Assembly: GCA_010909165.1 (NCBI GenBank)
Contig: MU008167.1
Location: 62,001-126,000 of the forward strand
Direction: 5' to 3'
DNA length: 64,000 nt
Source: Anthoceros angustus
Taxonomy: Eukaryota > Plantae > Anthocerotophyta
A program made the translations under genes and the position numbers. The notes beneath the pieces were generated by a model. It had not been told where the DNA came from. It saw nothing but the letters and a program-made list of their open reading frames with translations, and searched no databases. Positions 63,229 to 64,000 of this stretch are shown here, piece after piece (the first letter of the stretch is position 1; each line of letters begins with the position of its first letter).

Positions 63229-63729
63229 ATGAGCTTACCAATGCCTCTACTTGTGTACGTTGGCAGTCGCGCATCTCTCCACCGCCCAGCCCGGAGGGTT
63301 GATAATGACATGCTCACAAATGGAGTTCCGGGTAGAGTCCATTACGATGATATCCGCAACAAATATTTGTTTCCCCGGTCAGAAACAGATTCGCCTTGAG
63401 CAAACACCTGATTAATCTCATTGCATTGAGCCAAATTCCTCAAATGGACTTGTCACCTTCGCCCATGCAATCCTACATCTTTGATATCCTTCAACGGCAC
63501 ATTGCACAATAATTGTCACGCAGCCCATGGGCAGATTGTATAGTTGTCGTGGAGCCCATGGCCAGCTCAAGTAACATTGTCTTTGAACAATTGCCATGGA
63601 ACCCATGATCAACTCGAGATTTTGCAGTCCATGCAGTCCAGGGGCAAATTGTATAATGTTTTATTGATTGATTGATACTGAGTTTTTTATACGCTGTAGG
63701 TCTCTCCCATGTCTGAGTTGTCATGGAGA

Positions 63730-63797
63730 CCATGGCCACCTAGAGCATCTCCATAGCCACCTAGACCAACTGGAGCGTCTCCATGGCCACCTAGAGC
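63730..63797. repeat. Short tandem repeat, 3 copies
   Basis: ccat(g/a)gccacctaga occurs three times. Confidence 0.8.
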
Positions 63798-63837
63798 AAT
63801 ACTGTGCTTGATTGTTGTTGGAAGTTCAAATCCATAG

Positions 63838-63973
63838 AATATAGAGTTATTTTGCTAAAAAGTTCAAATGCATAACAATAATAGAACGAAGCTAACATGG
63901 AGCACACAAAATATAGAGTTATTTTGTTAAAAAGTTCAAAAGCATAACAATAATAGAACGAAGCTAATATGGA
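63838..63973. repeat. ~72 bp tandem duplication
   Basis: aatatagagttattttg.taaaaagttcaaa.gcataacaataatagaacgaagctaa.atgga occurs twice. Confidence 0.9.
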
Positions 63974-64000
63974 TCGTACATAACAAGATGATCATTTCTT

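Overview
Eukaryotic, land-plant-like DNA. The short introns and compact genes suggest a lycophyte or bryophyte such as Selaginella, but that is inference only. Bases 1 to ~57,412 are a head-to-tail array of a ~7.2 kb gene-bearing monomer, lengthened by at least 13 internal backward jumps (partial tandem duplications) joined at microhomologies. Each monomer carries: an intronless, AT-rich, internally deleted thymidine kinase (TK1-type) remnant; a long decayed ORF starting just after it, whose C-terminal part tentatively resembles an N4C/N6A DNA methyltransferase; a TATA plus telo-box promoter; two diverged ~270 bp direct repeats; two oppositely oriented clusters of a ~20 bp motif; and GC-rich hairpins. 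Differences between copies cluster at CG/CHG sites and look like long-read consensus errors. The array ends inside the ~20 bp motif cluster, ~140 bp from the stop codon of a 12-exon GT29 sialyltransferase-like gene (minus strand). That gene lies head-to-head, 90 bp apart, with an intronless ING2 gene. The last ~2 kb contain a small TA-flanked MITE-like element and several minisatellites.
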